DNA from: a bacterium | GTDB taxonomy: Bacteria; Omnitrophota; Gorgyraeia; Gygaellales; UBA12090 | Length of the DNA stretch: 36,728 bases | Direction: 5' to 3' | Assembly: GCA_004299495.1 (NCBI GenBank) | Contig: SCPY01000269.1 | Span: forward strand, 1 to 36,728 | Part shown: positions 23,832-33,788 of the stretch, piece after piece | Layout: each line of letters starts with the position of its first letter | Numbering within the stretch: position 1 is the stretch's first letter | Program-made: the position numbers and the translations under genes | The notes under the pieces: generated by a model | The model's input: only the letters and a program-made list of their open reading frames with translations | Databases searched by the model: none | What the model was told of the DNA's origin: nothing

Positions 23832-25261
23832 AGCTCTGGGAATTGACTGCCTATGAGCTGCTGGAAAAGCTGCAGGGTAAGGCAATAACTTTAGAAGATG
23901 TTTACGCCGCTCTTCATCAAAGAATAGGGCAGTTAGAGGGTAAGGTAAGGGCCTATTGCCGCCCTGCCAAGGCAGATAATCCTTCGGGCCTGCCTATAGC
24001 CGTTAAAGATAATATCTGCATCCGGAATTATCCGGTTACCTGCGCTTCGCGGATTCTGGACGGATTCCATCCCCCTTACGACGCCACCGTCATCCAGAAA
24101 TTAAAAAAATCAGGGATTAGCCCTTACGGTCAAACCAATATGGATGAGTTTGCCTTTGGCTCATCCTGCGAGAACTCTTCATTTTATCCTACCCGTAATC
24201 CCTGGAACTTAGAGTGTGTTCCCGGCGGTTCATCCGGCGGCTCAGCCGCGGCAGTAGCCGCGGGCGAGGCGGTTTGGGCCTTGGGGAGCGATACCGGAGG
24301 CTCCATTCGCCAGCCGGCGTCTTTTTGCGGGGTGGTGGGCTTGAAGCCGACCTACGGCCGGGTATCGCGTTATGGACTTATCGCTTTTGCCTCCAGCCTT
24401 GATCAAGTTGGCCCCATTACCAGAGACGTCCGGGATGCGGCTGTGCTTTTAAATATCATTTCCGGCTATGACTCCCAGGATGCTACCTGCGTAAACCTCA
24501 GCGTGCCTGATTATGCCAAATCTTTAGGAAAGGATATTAAGGGCCTAAGAATAGCCGTGCCAAAAGAGTATTTTAGCTTGTCTAAAGAAAGCGAGTTTAA
24601 GGGGATAGATGAAGAAGTAAAGTCTTGCGTGGAAGAGGCGATTGAGCAGCTAAAGAAATCCGGCGCGCAGGTCCGCCAGGTGAGCCTGCCGCATACCGAA
24701 TACGCGGTTGCCGTCTATTACATTGTCGCTACCGCCGAGGCAAGCTCAAATCTCTCCCGTTTTGATGGGGTGCAATACGGCCTGCGGGATAAATCGGCAA
24801 ACAGCCTGATGGAAATGTATAAGCGTACCCGCCAAGGGGGCTTTGGCTTAGAGGCAAAACGCAGGATTATCCTGGGGACATACGTGTTATCGCACGGGTA
24901 TTACGAGGCCTATTATCTGCGGGCGCAAAAGGTGCGCGCGCTGATTGCCAGAGATTTCGCGCAGGTGTTTAAGGATTTTGATTGCGTTGTTACGCCTACC
25001 TCGCCCACTCCCGCGTTTAGGCTGGGAGAGAGGATGAAGAATCCTCTGGCAATGTATTTGTCCGATATCTATACCATCTCGGTCAACCTGGCGGGGATTC
25101 CGGCAATGTCTATTCCTTGCGGCATCAGTAAAGGCGGATTGCCCATCGGTTTACAATTAATGGCTAAGCCCTTTGCCGAAGAGACGCTTTTTCGGGTAGG
25201 CCATTGCTATGAGCAGGCAACCCCCTGGCATAAGATGAAACCCCAATTAACCAATGTATGA
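23828..25261 (+). CDS. gatA: Asp/Glu-tRNA amidotransferase subunit A
   Basis: Amidase signature [12 protein letters not shown]...[31 protein letters not shown]. Confidence 0.97.
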   Translation: MKLWELTAYELLEKLQGKAITLEDVYAALHQRIGQLEGKVRAYCRPAKADNPSGLPIAVKDNICIRNYPVTCASRILDGFHPPYDATVIQKLKKSGISPYGQTNMDEFAFGSSCENSSFYPTRNPWNLECVPGGSSGGSAAAVAAGEAVWALGSDTGGSIRQPASFCGVVGLKPTYGRVSRYGLIAFASSLDQVGPITRDVRDAAVLLNIISGYDSQDATCVNLSVPDYAKSLGKDIKGLRIAVPKEYFSLSKESEFKGIDEEVKSCVEEAIEQLKKSGAQVRQVSLPHTEYAVAVYYIVATAEASSNLSRFDGVQYGLRDKSANSLMEMYKRTRQGGFGLEAKRRIILGTYVLSHGYYEAYYLRAQKVRALIARDFAQVFKDFDCVVTPTSPTPAFRLGERMKNPLAMYLSDIYTISVNLAGIPAMSIPCGISKGGLPIGLQLMAKPFAEETLFRVGHCYEQATPWHKMKPQLTNV

Positions 25262-26675
25262 ACCGGTTATCGGTTTAGAAGTCCATGCCCAGCTAAAGAC
25301 AAGGACCAAGGCCTTTTGCGGCTGTTCGGTTGAGTTTGGAGCCGGCGCCAATACCCAGACCTGCCCGGTTTGCTTAGGTTTTCCGGGAAGCTTACCTGTG
25401 CTCAACGAAAAAGTGATGGAGTGCGGGATTAAAACTGCCCTGGCTCTTGCCTGCGAAGTGCAGGCCTTTACTAAATTTGACCGTAAGCATTATTTTTATC
25501 CTGACCTGCCGAAAAGCTATCAGATCTCCCAATACGATTTACCCCTGGCCTTAAGCGGATTCCTGGAGATTGAGGTAAATGGCGCCAGAAAAAGCATCGG
25601 CATAAAGAGGGTGCACTTAGAGGAGGACGCCGGCAAGCTGATACATGAGCCGGATTGCAGCCTGGTAGATTATAACCGGGCGGGGGTCCCGCTCCTTGAA
25701 ATAGTAAGCGAGCCGCATCTTAATTCTCCTGATGAGGCCTACGCTTACCTGGTTTCTTTAAAGGCGATACTAAAGTATTTAGGGGTCTGTGATTGTGATA
25801 TGGAAAAGGGGTCTTTACGCTGCGACGCGAATATCTCTTTGCGTAAAAAAGGCACCTCCGGCCTGGGCACAAAAACCGAATTAAAGAATATGAATTCCTT
25901 TAAAAGCGTAAAAGACGCCCTTGCCTATGAGATAAAAAGGCAGGGAGAAATTTTAGCGAGCGGTAAAGCAGTAGCCCAGGAAACCCGCCTCTGGGACGAT
26001 TCTGCCGCAAAGACCTCTGTTATGCGCACTAAAGAAGAGGCCATGGATTATCGTTATTTTCCGGAACCGGACCTGCCGCCCTTCAGTTTGAGCGCGCAAA
26101 TGATAAAAGCGCTTAAGGATGCCCTCCCGGAATTGCCCGAGGCGCTCAAGGCAAGGCTTATCTCTGCCTATGGCTTAAGCGATTATGACGTAGGCATACT
26201 GGCCGCGGATAAAGCGCTGGCGGATTATTTTGAATCCTGCGTTAAGCTTTATCATAAAACTAAGGCAATAGCCAACTGGATCATAGGGCCCTTAAGCCGC
26301 GAGCTTAATACGCGCAATCTAACTATAGAATCTCTTGGGCTTTCGGCGCAAGAGTTTATCTTGCTCTTAAAAGCGGTTGAGGAGGGCAAGGTGAGCGCGC
26401 TTTCGGCAAAGGATGTGCTGGCGGAAATGCTTAATACCGGGAAATCCGCGCATGATATCATTAGTGAAAAAGACCTGGGGCAGGTTTCTGACGCCGGTGA
26501 ATTAGAAAAGATAGTAACCGAAGCGCTTAGCCAAAACGAAAAGAGCGTTGAGGCTTATCGGGCGGGAAAATCCAATGCCCTGATGTTTCTGGTGGGCCAG
26601 GTAATGCGCTTAAGCAAAGGGAAAGCCAACCCTAAGACGGCGCAGGAGATTTTAAAACAAAAATTATCCGGTTAG
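25254..26675 (+). CDS. gatB: Asp/Glu-tRNA amidotransferase subunit B
   Basis: [35 protein letters not shown]. Confidence 0.97.
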   Translation: MYEPVIGLEVHAQLKTRTKAFCGCSVEFGAGANTQTCPVCLGFPGSLPVLNEKVMECGIKTALALACEVQAFTKFDRKHYFYPDLPKSYQISQYDLPLALSGFLEIEVNGARKSIGIKRVHLEEDAGKLIHEPDCSLVDYNRAGVPLLEIVSEPHLNSPDEAYAYLVSLKAILKYLGVCDCDMEKGSLRCDANISLRKKGTSGLGTKTELKNMNSFKSVKDALAYEIKRQGEILASGKAVAQETRLWDDSAAKTSVMRTKEEAMDYRYFPEPDLPPFSLSAQMIKALKDALPELPEALKARLISAYGLSDYDVGILAADKALADYFESCVKLYHKTKAIANWIIGPLSRELNTRNLTIESLGLSAQEFILLLKAVEEGKVSALSAKDVLAEMLNTGKSAHDIISEKDLGQVSDAGELEKIVTEALSQNEKSVEAYRAGKSNALMFLVGQVMRLSKGKANPKTAQEILKQKLSG

Positions 26676-26700
26676 TAGCGGATACGGGGAGGTTAACTTA

Positions 26701-27987
26701 ATGCGTAAAAAGATTTTTTTGTCTTCATTTGCCGCGGCCGTAGTTTTGCTGTCCGTATTTTCATTCTTGTCGTTTTCGGAGAATGAGCGCAAAAAAAAAG
26801 ATGAACTCTACAGGCAGTTTGAACTTTTTTCCGACGCGATGAATCTGGTGAAGGATCAGTATGTGGACGCGCCTGCCGATAAGGATTTGATTTATGGGGC
26901 GTTAAAGGGAATGTTGTCTTCTTTAGATCCCTATAGCGAATTCCTTGACCCGGAGCGCTATAATGAATTAAAGGTTGAGACCGAGGGCAGGTTCGGAGGT
27001 TTGGGAATTGAGATTGCCATTAAAGATGACCTGCTCACCGTGATGACCCCTATTGAGGATACGCCGGCCTGGAAGGCTGGTTTAAAGCCGCAAGATAGGA
27101 TTGTTAAGATTGACGGAGAGCTTACCAGGAATATCACCGCCAGCGACGCGGTAAAGAAGCTGCGCGGCAAGCCCGGCACGGAAGTGACGCTTACCATATT
27201 GCGTGAATCCCAGGAAAAGCTTTTTGAGGTAAAGATTGTCCGGGATATCATCAGAATTAAAGATATAAAGAACGCGCGTATTTTAGAAGACGATATCGGC
27301 TATGTGCGCCTGGTTGAATTCCGGGAAAATACCCCTTCTGATCTTGATGCTGTCCTTTCCCAGCTTAAGAAGTCAGGGATGGACAGCCTGATTTTGGATT
27401 TAAGGAATAATCCCGGAGGCCTGCTGGATGTCTCGGTGGATGTGGCAGAGCGGTTCATCCCTGCCGGTAAGCCCGTGGTCTCTACTAAAGGGCGTATACC
27501 GTCTCAGGCAATGGAGTTTAAATCTTCTTCTTTATCCACCCACTATTTAGATATGCCTTTGGTGATTTTGGTTAATGAGGGCTCCGCCTCAGGAAGCGAA
27601 ATCGTGGCCGGGGCATTGCAGGATTACAGGCGGGCAGTCATTGTCGGAGCAAAAACCTTTGGTAAGGGCTCGGTGCAGTCAGTGCTACCCCTGTTTGACG
27701 GATCCGCGTTGAAGCTGACCACGAGCAAGTATTATACGCCTTCAGGCAGGATGATTCATAATCAGGGCGTAGTTCCTGATGTCTTTGTGAATGGAGGAAG
27801 GCCGGGGCCGGTTCAGGCGGAGCCAGCCTCGGAAGGCGTATTCAATCAACTCGACGAGAAGGAACAGCCAAAGATTAAGGAGCAACCAGCAGGTAAGGAG
27901 GAAACGTTTGATTATAAGAATGATAATCAGATTGTTCGCAGTATAGACATCATTAAAGGGATTAAGGTTTATAAGGGTTCATCCTAA
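26701..27987 (+). CDS. Carboxy-terminal processing protease (S41 family)
   Basis: Signal anchor, PDZ domain (GGLGIEI), LILDLRNNPGGLL, GSASGSEIVAGALQD, TFGKGSVQ. Confidence 0.92.
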   Translation: MRKKIFLSSFAAAVVLLSVFSFLSFSENERKKKDELYRQFELFSDAMNLVKDQYVDAPADKDLIYGALKGMLSSLDPYSEFLDPERYNELKVETEGRFGGLGIEIAIKDDLLTVMTPIEDTPAWKAGLKPQDRIVKIDGELTRNITASDAVKKLRGKPGTEVTLTILRESQEKLFEVKIVRDIIRIKDIKNARILEDDIGYVRLVEFRENTPSDLDAVLSQLKKSGMDSLILDLRNNPGGLLDVSVDVAERFIPAGKPVVSTKGRIPSQAMEFKSSSLSTHYLDMPLVILVNEGSASGSEIVAGALQDYRRAVIVGAKTFGKGSVQSVLPLFDGSALKLTTSKYYTPSGRMIHNQGVVPDVFVNGGRPGPVQAEPASEGVFNQLDEKEQPKIKEQPAGKEETFDYKNDNQIVRSIDIIKGIKVYKGSS

Positions 27988-28011
27988 GCTTAAAGATAAG
28001 CCATAAGCTCC

Positions 28012-28860
28012 ATGGTAAAGGCCGGGCGTCAAGAAAATTATATCAGGATTTTTTATATACTCGTTTCTATCATTATCGTTGAATCCGCCCTTTTAATGGC
28101 CTCTTGCCAGAGAGAGCCGGGGGTTAAGGAAAAGGTTATCGCCAGAGAGAAGAAACCGGTTGAAGCGAAGGTTGAAAAGCCGGCAAGGCCCGGGACGTAT
28201 CAGGGTAGAATAGCGATTGTGCTGGATGACTGGGGATATAGCCTGAATAACGCCGAGACTTTAAAAGAAATAAAGGAACCTCTGACCCTGGCGATATTGC
28301 CGCGGCGCGCCTATTCGGGCGCGATTTCTCAGCTTGCCCTTGAGCTAAAGAAGGAAGCGATTCTGCATTTACCCCTTGAGCCGCGCCGCCAGCCGCAATA
28401 CCGGCTTGAGCCGGATACCATCGTCTCGTCTATGCCCAGGAAGGAAGTCGTCAGGATATTGGAAGCCGATATCAAGAGTGTTCCCGGCATCAAGGGAGTT
28501 TCCAATCATATGGGCTCGCTTGCCACCGAGAATGATAAATTAATGACGATTATTTTCGCTGAGCTTAAAAAGAGAGGGCTTTATTTTCTGGATAGCTTTA
28601 CCGGAAAGACCGTATGCAAGAAGCTGTCCGGCTCAATGGGTATACCTTATGCCCGCAGGCATGTTTTTTTAGACAATAAGCTGGATAGGAAGTATATCGT
28701 AGGGCAGATTGAGACCCTGGCAAAGATTTCCGCTCAGGAAGGCGCGGCTATCGGCATTGGCCACGACCGCGAAAAGACCATGGAAGTGTTGGCTGAGTGT
28801 ATGCCGGATTTGAGAAAACGCGGTTTTAAGTTTGTCTATGTTTCCGAATTGGTAAAATGA
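28012..28860 (+). CDS. Divergent polysaccharide deacetylase family protein (YibQ-like)
   Basis: N-terminal membrane anchor or lipobox-like LLMASC, IAIVLDDWGYS, VSNHMGS. Confidence 0.8.
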   Translation: MVKAGRQENYIRIFYILVSIIIVESALLMASCQREPGVKEKVIAREKKPVEAKVEKPARPGTYQGRIAIVLDDWGYSLNNAETLKEIKEPLTLAILPRRAYSGAISQLALELKKEAILHLPLEPRRQPQYRLEPDTIVSSMPRKEVVRILEADIKSVPGIKGVSNHMGSLATENDKLMTIIFAELKKRGLYFLDSFTGKTVCKKLSGSMGIPYARRHVFLDNKLDRKYIVGQIETLAKISAQEGAAIGIGHDREKTMEVLAECMPDLRKRGFKFVYVSELVK

Positions 28861-28864
28861 ACTT

Positions 28865-29869
28865 ATGTTGTCTTTAGGCATAGAAACTTCCTGTGACGAG
28901 ACCGCGGCCTCAGTGGTTCAAGACGGCCGGATAGTTCTTTCCAGTGTGATTGCCTCCAGCCTGCGCCTGCATAAAAAATATCAAGGCATTATCCCGGAGA
29001 TCGCCTTTCGCGCGCATATCGAATCTATATCTTTAGTAACCAGGCGGGCGCTTGAGGCAGCCGGAAAAAAGATAAAGGACGTAGGTTTAATCTGTGTTAC
29101 CAAAGGCCCGGGGCTCATCGGCTCGTTACTGCCGGGGATATCCTTTGCCAAGGGGCTTAGTTATTCCCTCAAAAAGCCGCTTATCGGGGTGGATCATCTG
29201 CAGGCGCATCTTTACGCCAGCTTCTTAACTAAGCGCGCCTCCGGACAGTGCCGGCGCAAAGAGCCTCCGTCCCTGCCTTTTATCGGATTGGTGGTTTCCG
29301 GAGGCCACACAAGTTTATTTCTTGTAGATAAGAATTTCACTTTCAGGCCCATTGGCGCGACCGTTGATGACGCCGCGGGCGAGGCGTTTGATAAGGTAGC
29401 CAAGATATTAAACCTGGGTTATCCCGGAGGCCCGATTATTGAGCGCGTAGCAAGAAAGGGAAGCCCCGAAGGAATGAGATTATCCTGTAGCGGGCCTGAG
29501 GATCTAAATTTCTCTTTTAGCGGCATAAAAACCGCTGTGTTATATAAGACAGGAGACAAGAGACAAAAGACAGGATACAGAGACATTGCCGCCAGTTTCC
29601 AAAAGGCAGTAGTAGAGGCGCTGCTTAAGAAGTCATTTATGGCCTGCGAGCGGAATAAAATAAATACGTTGGCCGTGGGAGGCGGGGTGTCGGCAAATAG
29701 GTATCTCAGGGAAAGGTTTGAGTATGAGGCTGGCTCAAGGCAGGGGTTTGAGGTTTATTTTCCGCCCCTGGATTTGAGCTTAGATAATGGCGCGATGATA
29801 GCCGGTTTGGGATATCGCCTTTTTAAAAAAGGCATAGCCTCGGATTATTATCTGAGCCCGGCAAGTTAA
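28865..29869 (+). CDS. tsaD: tRNA N6-adenosine threonylcarbamoyltransferase
   Basis: LGIETSCDETA, GPGLIGSLL, VDHLQAH, VVSGGHTS, GGGVSAN. Confidence 0.95.
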   Translation: MLSLGIETSCDETAASVVQDGRIVLSSVIASSLRLHKKYQGIIPEIAFRAHIESISLVTRRALEAAGKKIKDVGLICVTKGPGLIGSLLPGISFAKGLSYSLKKPLIGVDHLQAHLYASFLTKRASGQCRRKEPPSLPFIGLVVSGGHTSLFLVDKNFTFRPIGATVDDAAGEAFDKVAKILNLGYPGGPIIERVARKGSPEGMRLSCSGPEDLNFSFSGIKTAVLYKTGDKRQKTGYRDIAASFQKAVVEALLKKSFMACERNKINTLAVGGGVSANRYLRERFEYEAGSRQGFEVYFPPLDLSLDNGAMIAGLGYRLFKKGIASDYYLSPAS

Positions 29870-29890
29870 CCTCAGCTAAAAGGAGAATCT

Positions 29891-30325
29891 ATGGACGATA
29901 GGCAGGTAATTTTAAGGCTGATTTCATCAGCCCTGTTAAGCGGCTTACTCGGATTGGAGCGTCAGCTTCATCGTCGGGCAGCGGGCTTGCGCACCCATAT
30001 CCTGGTTTCCCTCGGTTCCACATTGATTATGTTGACATCCATATACATTTTTGATATATATAAAGGAAGCGCTTCGGTTGACCCGGCCAGGATTGCCTCC
30101 GGAGTAATTACCGGAATCGGGTTCTTAGGCGCGGGAACAATTATTCGTTACGGGGAAGAGGTTCGCGGCCTCACCACCGCGGCCAGCCTGTGGGTAGCCG
30201 CGGCTTTAGGCCTGGCGGTGGGATGTGGATTTTATATAGCGGCGCTTACCACTACTGCTTTGGTGCTTTTTTCTCTGCTTTTACTGCGCCGCATCGAAAA
30301 CAAAGTGTTGGGCAAACCCGGTTAA
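29891..30325 (+). CDS. MgtC/SapB-family membrane protein
   Basis: GLERQLHRRAAGLRTHILVSLGS, GFLGAGTI, GLTTAASLW. About 4 TM helices. Confidence 0.85.
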   Translation: MDDRQVILRLISSALLSGLLGLERQLHRRAAGLRTHILVSLGSTLIMLTSIYIFDIYKGSASVDPARIASGVITGIGFLGAGTIIRYGEEVRGLTTAASLWVAAALGLAVGCGFYIAALTTTALVLFSLLLLRRIENKVLGKPG

Positions 30326-30328
30326 TTA

Positions 30329-30389
30329 ATCCCGCCTCGTAAACCATGCCGAAATTCTCTTGCGATAATTTCGGCATACTCGGCGGGAT
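30329..30389. other. Long compound inverted repeat (two-tier hairpin) with no U-tract
   Basis: The outer arms ATCCCGCC / GGCGGGAT (8 bp) enclose the perfect inner arms ATGCCGAAATT / AATTTCGGCAT (11 bp) and a 10-nt loop. It begins 4 nt after the stop of the MgtC-family gene. Confidence 0.5.
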
Positions 30390-30454
30390 CAATTCGCACA
30401 GCGACTTATGTTCGCTAACGCTCCATAAGCCGCGTGCTCATTGAGGAGGTGGAT

Positions 30455-30964
30455 ATGGCCCTGAGAGACAGGCATAAGCCGGAAGAGGAGAAAATCATGG
30501 ATGTGGATGCCGCTATGTCCGGAAGCCTTACCTTTCGCGATCCCGTTAACCTGCGGATTAACGGTAAGTTTGAAGGTACCCTGGAGACAAAAGGAAATCT
30601 GGTTATCGGCCCGCAGGCGGTGGTGAATGCGCAGATTATAGGCGATGAGATTGTGGTGGCAGGACGGCTTAAGGGAGAAATATTGGCCAAGAAGAAATTA
30701 ACCCTCCTGGATTCGGCGGTGGCGGAAATCAAGGTAAGGACGGCAAAATTGACGGTTCACGAAGGAGCGATTTTTGAGGGTGTCTGCCATATGCTGGGGG
30801 AGAACTTGAGCGTTGATGATTTAGCCCGGTATCTGGAAGTGGATATGTCATCTATTGTTGAATGGGCAAACTCGGGAAAAATTCCCGCGATAAAGGAGCA
30901 AGACACCTGGAGGTTTGAACGCAAGAGTATTGATGAGTGGATTGCCGCGGGGAAAGTCAGGTAA
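30455..30964 (+). CDS. Bactofilin domain fused to a C-terminal excisionase-type (HTH_17) DNA-binding domain
   Basis: GAGGAGG lies 5 nt before the ATG at 30455. Bactofilin beta-helix repeats run from LTFRDPVNLRINGKFEGTLETKGNLVIGPQAVV to HEGAIFEGVCHM, followed by LSVDDLARYLEVDMSSIVEWANSGKIPAIKEQDTWRFERKSIDEWI. Confidence 0.85.
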   Translation: MALRDRHKPEEEKIMDVDAAMSGSLTFRDPVNLRINGKFEGTLETKGNLVIGPQAVVNAQIIGDEIVVAGRLKGEILAKKKLTLLDSAVAEIKVRTAKLTVHEGAIFEGVCHMLGENLSVDDLARYLEVDMSSIVEWANSGKIPAIKEQDTWRFERKSIDEWIAAGKVR

Positions 30965-30990
30965 AAAGAGGGATTAACAGGTAAACGCTT

Positions 30991-31290
30991 ATGGCAGAAA
31001 AGCTATTGACTATCAGAGATGTGTCTTCTATTTTAGGTATCAGCGAGAAGGAGGTAATTGAGCGGTCTGAGAAAGGGGAAATTCCCGCCTATAAGGTGGG
31101 AGGAGTATATCTACGCTTTCAAAAAGACCAGGTAGAGCGCCTTACGCATAGCTCACACCGCCGGAAAGCCGCCACGCATAGCGGTTATTCGGTGGGAGAG
31201 CAGCTACGCGATTTCTTCTACTTCTACGATTTTTATATACTTTCCGCTATATTGATACTGGTATTGCTGGTGATAATTACTCAGAGTTAA
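30991..31290 (+). CDS. Tail-anchored excisionase-type HTH protein
   Basis: LLTIRDVSSILGISEKEVIERSEKGEIPAYKVGGVYLRFQKDQVERL, plus the C-terminal TM helix FYILSAILILVLLVIIT. Confidence 0.8.
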   Translation: MAEKLLTIRDVSSILGISEKEVIERSEKGEIPAYKVGGVYLRFQKDQVERLTHSSHRRKAATHSGYSVGEQLRDFFYFYDFYILSAILILVLLVIITQS

Positions 31291-31971
31291 ATGCGGCATA
31301 ATGGCTACTGCGAGCTGGGGTTCGCCAAGCTTGATACAGACAGGGTTAAAAGAAGGGGTTTTCCTGAGGTTATATACGCTCCCGGAAAGACTGATTCCCA
31401 GATAAAAGATATCGCCGCGAAGATCATTGCCTGCCGCCAGGCCCTTTTAATTACCAAGTTAGAAAAAGAGACCTACGAATACCTGAAAGAATGTTTTTCC
31501 GGATTGTGCTATAATCCGTCTGCCAGGGCCGCTTATATAAAGACCGGTAGAGCCTCCAGGCTAAAGGGTTTTGTCTTGATAGTTTCCGCGGGAACCGCGG
31601 ATATTCCGGTTGCCGAGGAGGCGGCGGTGGCGCTGGAGATAATGGGTGTTCGGGTAGAACGGATGTACGATGTTGGCGTTGCCGGAGTGCACCGCCTCCT
31701 GGATAAAAAAAGCCTTCTTCGCCGGGCAAGGGTTATTGTGGTGGCGGCGGGTATGGAGGGGGCCCTGGCAAGCGTAGTGAGCGGCCTGGTGTCAAGCCCG
31801 GTGATTGCCTTGCCTACGAGTGTAGGATACGGGGCAAACTTCAAGGGGCTCTCCGCGCTTTTGACAATGCTAAACAGCTGTTCTCCGGGCGTGGCAGTGG
31901 TAAATATCGACAATGGATTCGGGGCGGGGTATTTCGCTGGCCTGATAAATAAAAAAAGTCAAAAGAGATGA
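31291..31971 (+). CDS. larB: LarB-like (PurE-family) NaAD carboxylase/hydrolase for nickel-pincer cofactor synthesis
   Basis: GFAKLDTDRVKRRGFPEVIYAPGK, VSAGTADIPVAEEA, AAGMEGALASVV, PTSVGYG. Confidence 0.85.
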   Translation: MRHNGYCELGFAKLDTDRVKRRGFPEVIYAPGKTDSQIKDIAAKIIACRQALLITKLEKETYEYLKECFSGLCYNPSARAAYIKTGRASRLKGFVLIVSAGTADIPVAEEAAVALEIMGVRVERMYDVGVAGVHRLLDKKSLLRRARVIVVAAGMEGALASVVSGLVSSPVIALPTSVGYGANFKGLSALLTMLNSCSPGVAVVNIDNGFGAGYFAGLINKKSQKR

Positions 31972-32387
31972 AGAAAAAAGAAATTCCTCTCATATGGGCA
32001 ATAGATTTTCATGGCCATTTAGGCCCGTATTTAGTTTTGGGCCTTCTAATGGGAAAATACGCGCTTAACAAACTAAAGGCGCGCCAGCATTTTGGATTAA
32101 GGGTAAAGGTGTGGGGGGTAAAAGACAGGCCGCGCTCCTGCCTTATTGACGGATTGCAGCTTTCTACCGGCTGTACCTACGGCAAGGGAAACATCGTAAA
32201 ATATAACGGAGCGGTTATAAAAGCGAATTTCCTCAATCAGGATACCAAAGAGAGCATAGTTTTACTTTTAAAAGATGAAGTGATTAAAAAGCTTAAAGCC
32301 GCTTCCAGTCACAGTTTGTCGGAGAAGTTGGCAAGAGAGCTTTATCGGGCTCAGCCGCAAGATTTATTCTTAATGCCTATTAACTAA
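31968..32387 (+). CDS. FmdE/FwdE-domain protein (short form)
   Basis: ATGA overlap with larB. DFHGHLGPYLVLG resembles the FHGH.CPG motif of FmdE but has Gly where I expect Cys. There is no C-terminal zinc ribbon. Confidence 0.7.
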   Translation: MKKKEIPLIWAIDFHGHLGPYLVLGLLMGKYALNKLKARQHFGLRVKVWGVKDRPRSCLIDGLQLSTGCTYGKGNIVKYNGAVIKANFLNQDTKESIVLLLKDEVIKKLKAASSHSLSEKLARELYRAQPQDLFLMPIN

Positions 32388-32397
32388 TGAGGTAAAC

Positions 32398-33732
32398 ATG
32401 CCATTATCAGGATTGGATATTTATAAGCTTCTTCCTAAAACCAATTGCCGCGAATGCGGTTTCCCCACTTGCCTTGCCTTCGCGCTTTCATTGGCCAAGA
32501 AGGCGGTGTCCCTGGAGAAATGCCCTTATGTAAGCGAGACGGCAAAACAGGCACTTGAGGCGCAATCCCAGCCGCCTATACGGCTTGTGCGTATAGGCGA
32601 TGACGAAAATAAGGTGGAGGTGGGAAACGAAACCGTGATGTTCAGGCATGAAGAGAAATTTCACCATCCCGCCGCTATTGGGTTTATTATTGAAGACAGC
32701 CTTTCTGATGAGGAGATAAAACGCCGCCTTGAAGCAATTCGCTCTTTGCAGTTTGAGCGCGTGGGCCAGCCCTTAAAGACCGACCTGGTTGCCGTAAAGC
32801 AGTCTAAGGACGCAAAGAGGTTTGCTCAGGCAGTTTCCCTGGTAACCTCTCTGACCAAATCCGGGATAGTATTAATGAGCGAAGATGCCTCTGCTTTAAA
32901 GGAAGCCTTAGGGGTTTTAGCCGGAAAGAGGCCGCTTATCTACGCGGCAGGCAGCCAAAATGTGACAGAGCTTGCAAAGCTTGCAAAAGAGCATGGCGCG
33001 TCCTTAGCGCTTAAGAGCGAATCTATAGATGGGTTGACTGAGCTGGCAAAGGCGGCAAACGAAACCGGCCTTACCGACCTGGTCCTGGCCATAAATACAA
33101 GCAATGCGAATGCAAAGGCAATCTGGGATTTGACGCAAGCGCGCAGGCTCGCGCTTAAGAAAGCAAACCGCCTGATGGGCTATCCTGTTGTCGCGGCAAT
33201 GCCTGAGCTGAATAGCTACGCTGAGGTGATTAAGGCCGGGGATTATATCGCTAAATACGGGAGCATCGTTTTATTGAGGGGTTTTGAGCCTTGGGCGGCC
33301 CTTGCCTTGCTTACCTTACGCCAAAACATCTATACCGACCCGCAAAAGCCTTTACAGATTGAGGCAAAGCTTTACCCGGTGGGCAATGTCAGCGAGAAAT
33401 CGCCTACCCTGGTAACCACCAATTTCTCTCTGACTTATTATACCGTCCTGGGAGAAGTTGAGGCGAGCAAGATTCCCACGTACATCCTGAGCGTGGACAC
33501 CGAAGGGATGTCTGTGCTTACCGCCTGGGCGGCGGAGAAATTCACTCCCGATAAAATCTCCGATAGCCTAAAGAAGTCCGGCGCCGAAGAGAAGCTTACC
33601 CATCGCCAGGTTATTATTCCAGGATATGTGGCGGTAATGAGCGGAGACCTGGAAGAAAAAAGCGGATGGAAAATCGTCGTCGGCCCGAAAGAGGCCGCGG
33701 GGATACCCACGTTCTTGAAGAACTTGTCATAA
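32398..33732 (+). CDS. acsC: Corrinoid iron-sulfur protein large subunit (acetyl-CoA decarbonylase/synthase gamma)
   Basis: N-terminal 4Fe-4S motif NCRECGFPTCLAFA...KCPY. Full-length resemblance to AcsC/CdhE. Confidence 0.92.
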   Translation: MPLSGLDIYKLLPKTNCRECGFPTCLAFALSLAKKAVSLEKCPYVSETAKQALEAQSQPPIRLVRIGDDENKVEVGNETVMFRHEEKFHHPAAIGFIIEDSLSDEEIKRRLEAIRSLQFERVGQPLKTDLVAVKQSKDAKRFAQAVSLVTSLTKSGIVLMSEDASALKEALGVLAGKRPLIYAAGSQNVTELAKLAKEHGASLALKSESIDGLTELAKAANETGLTDLVLAINTSNANAKAIWDLTQARRLALKKANRLMGYPVVAAMPELNSYAEVIKAGDYIAKYGSIVLLRGFEPWAALALLTLRQNIYTDPQKPLQIEAKLYPVGNVSEKSPTLVTTNFSLTYYTVLGEVEASKIPTYILSVDTEGMSVLTAWAAEKFTPDKISDSLKKSGAEEKLTHRQVIIPGYVAVMSGDLEEKSGWKIVVGPKEAAGIPTFLKNLS

Positions 33733-33747
33733 ATTAAGATTTTGCTT

Positions 33748-33770
33748 CCTTGCCTTCAGGCAGGGTTTTT
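33748..33770 (+). terminator. Rho-independent terminator-like hairpin after acsC
   Basis: CCTTGCC-ttca-GGCAGGG (7 bp including one G-U) followed by TTTTT. Confidence 0.5.
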
Positions 33771-33788
33771 AAATTTTAAATTTACAAG

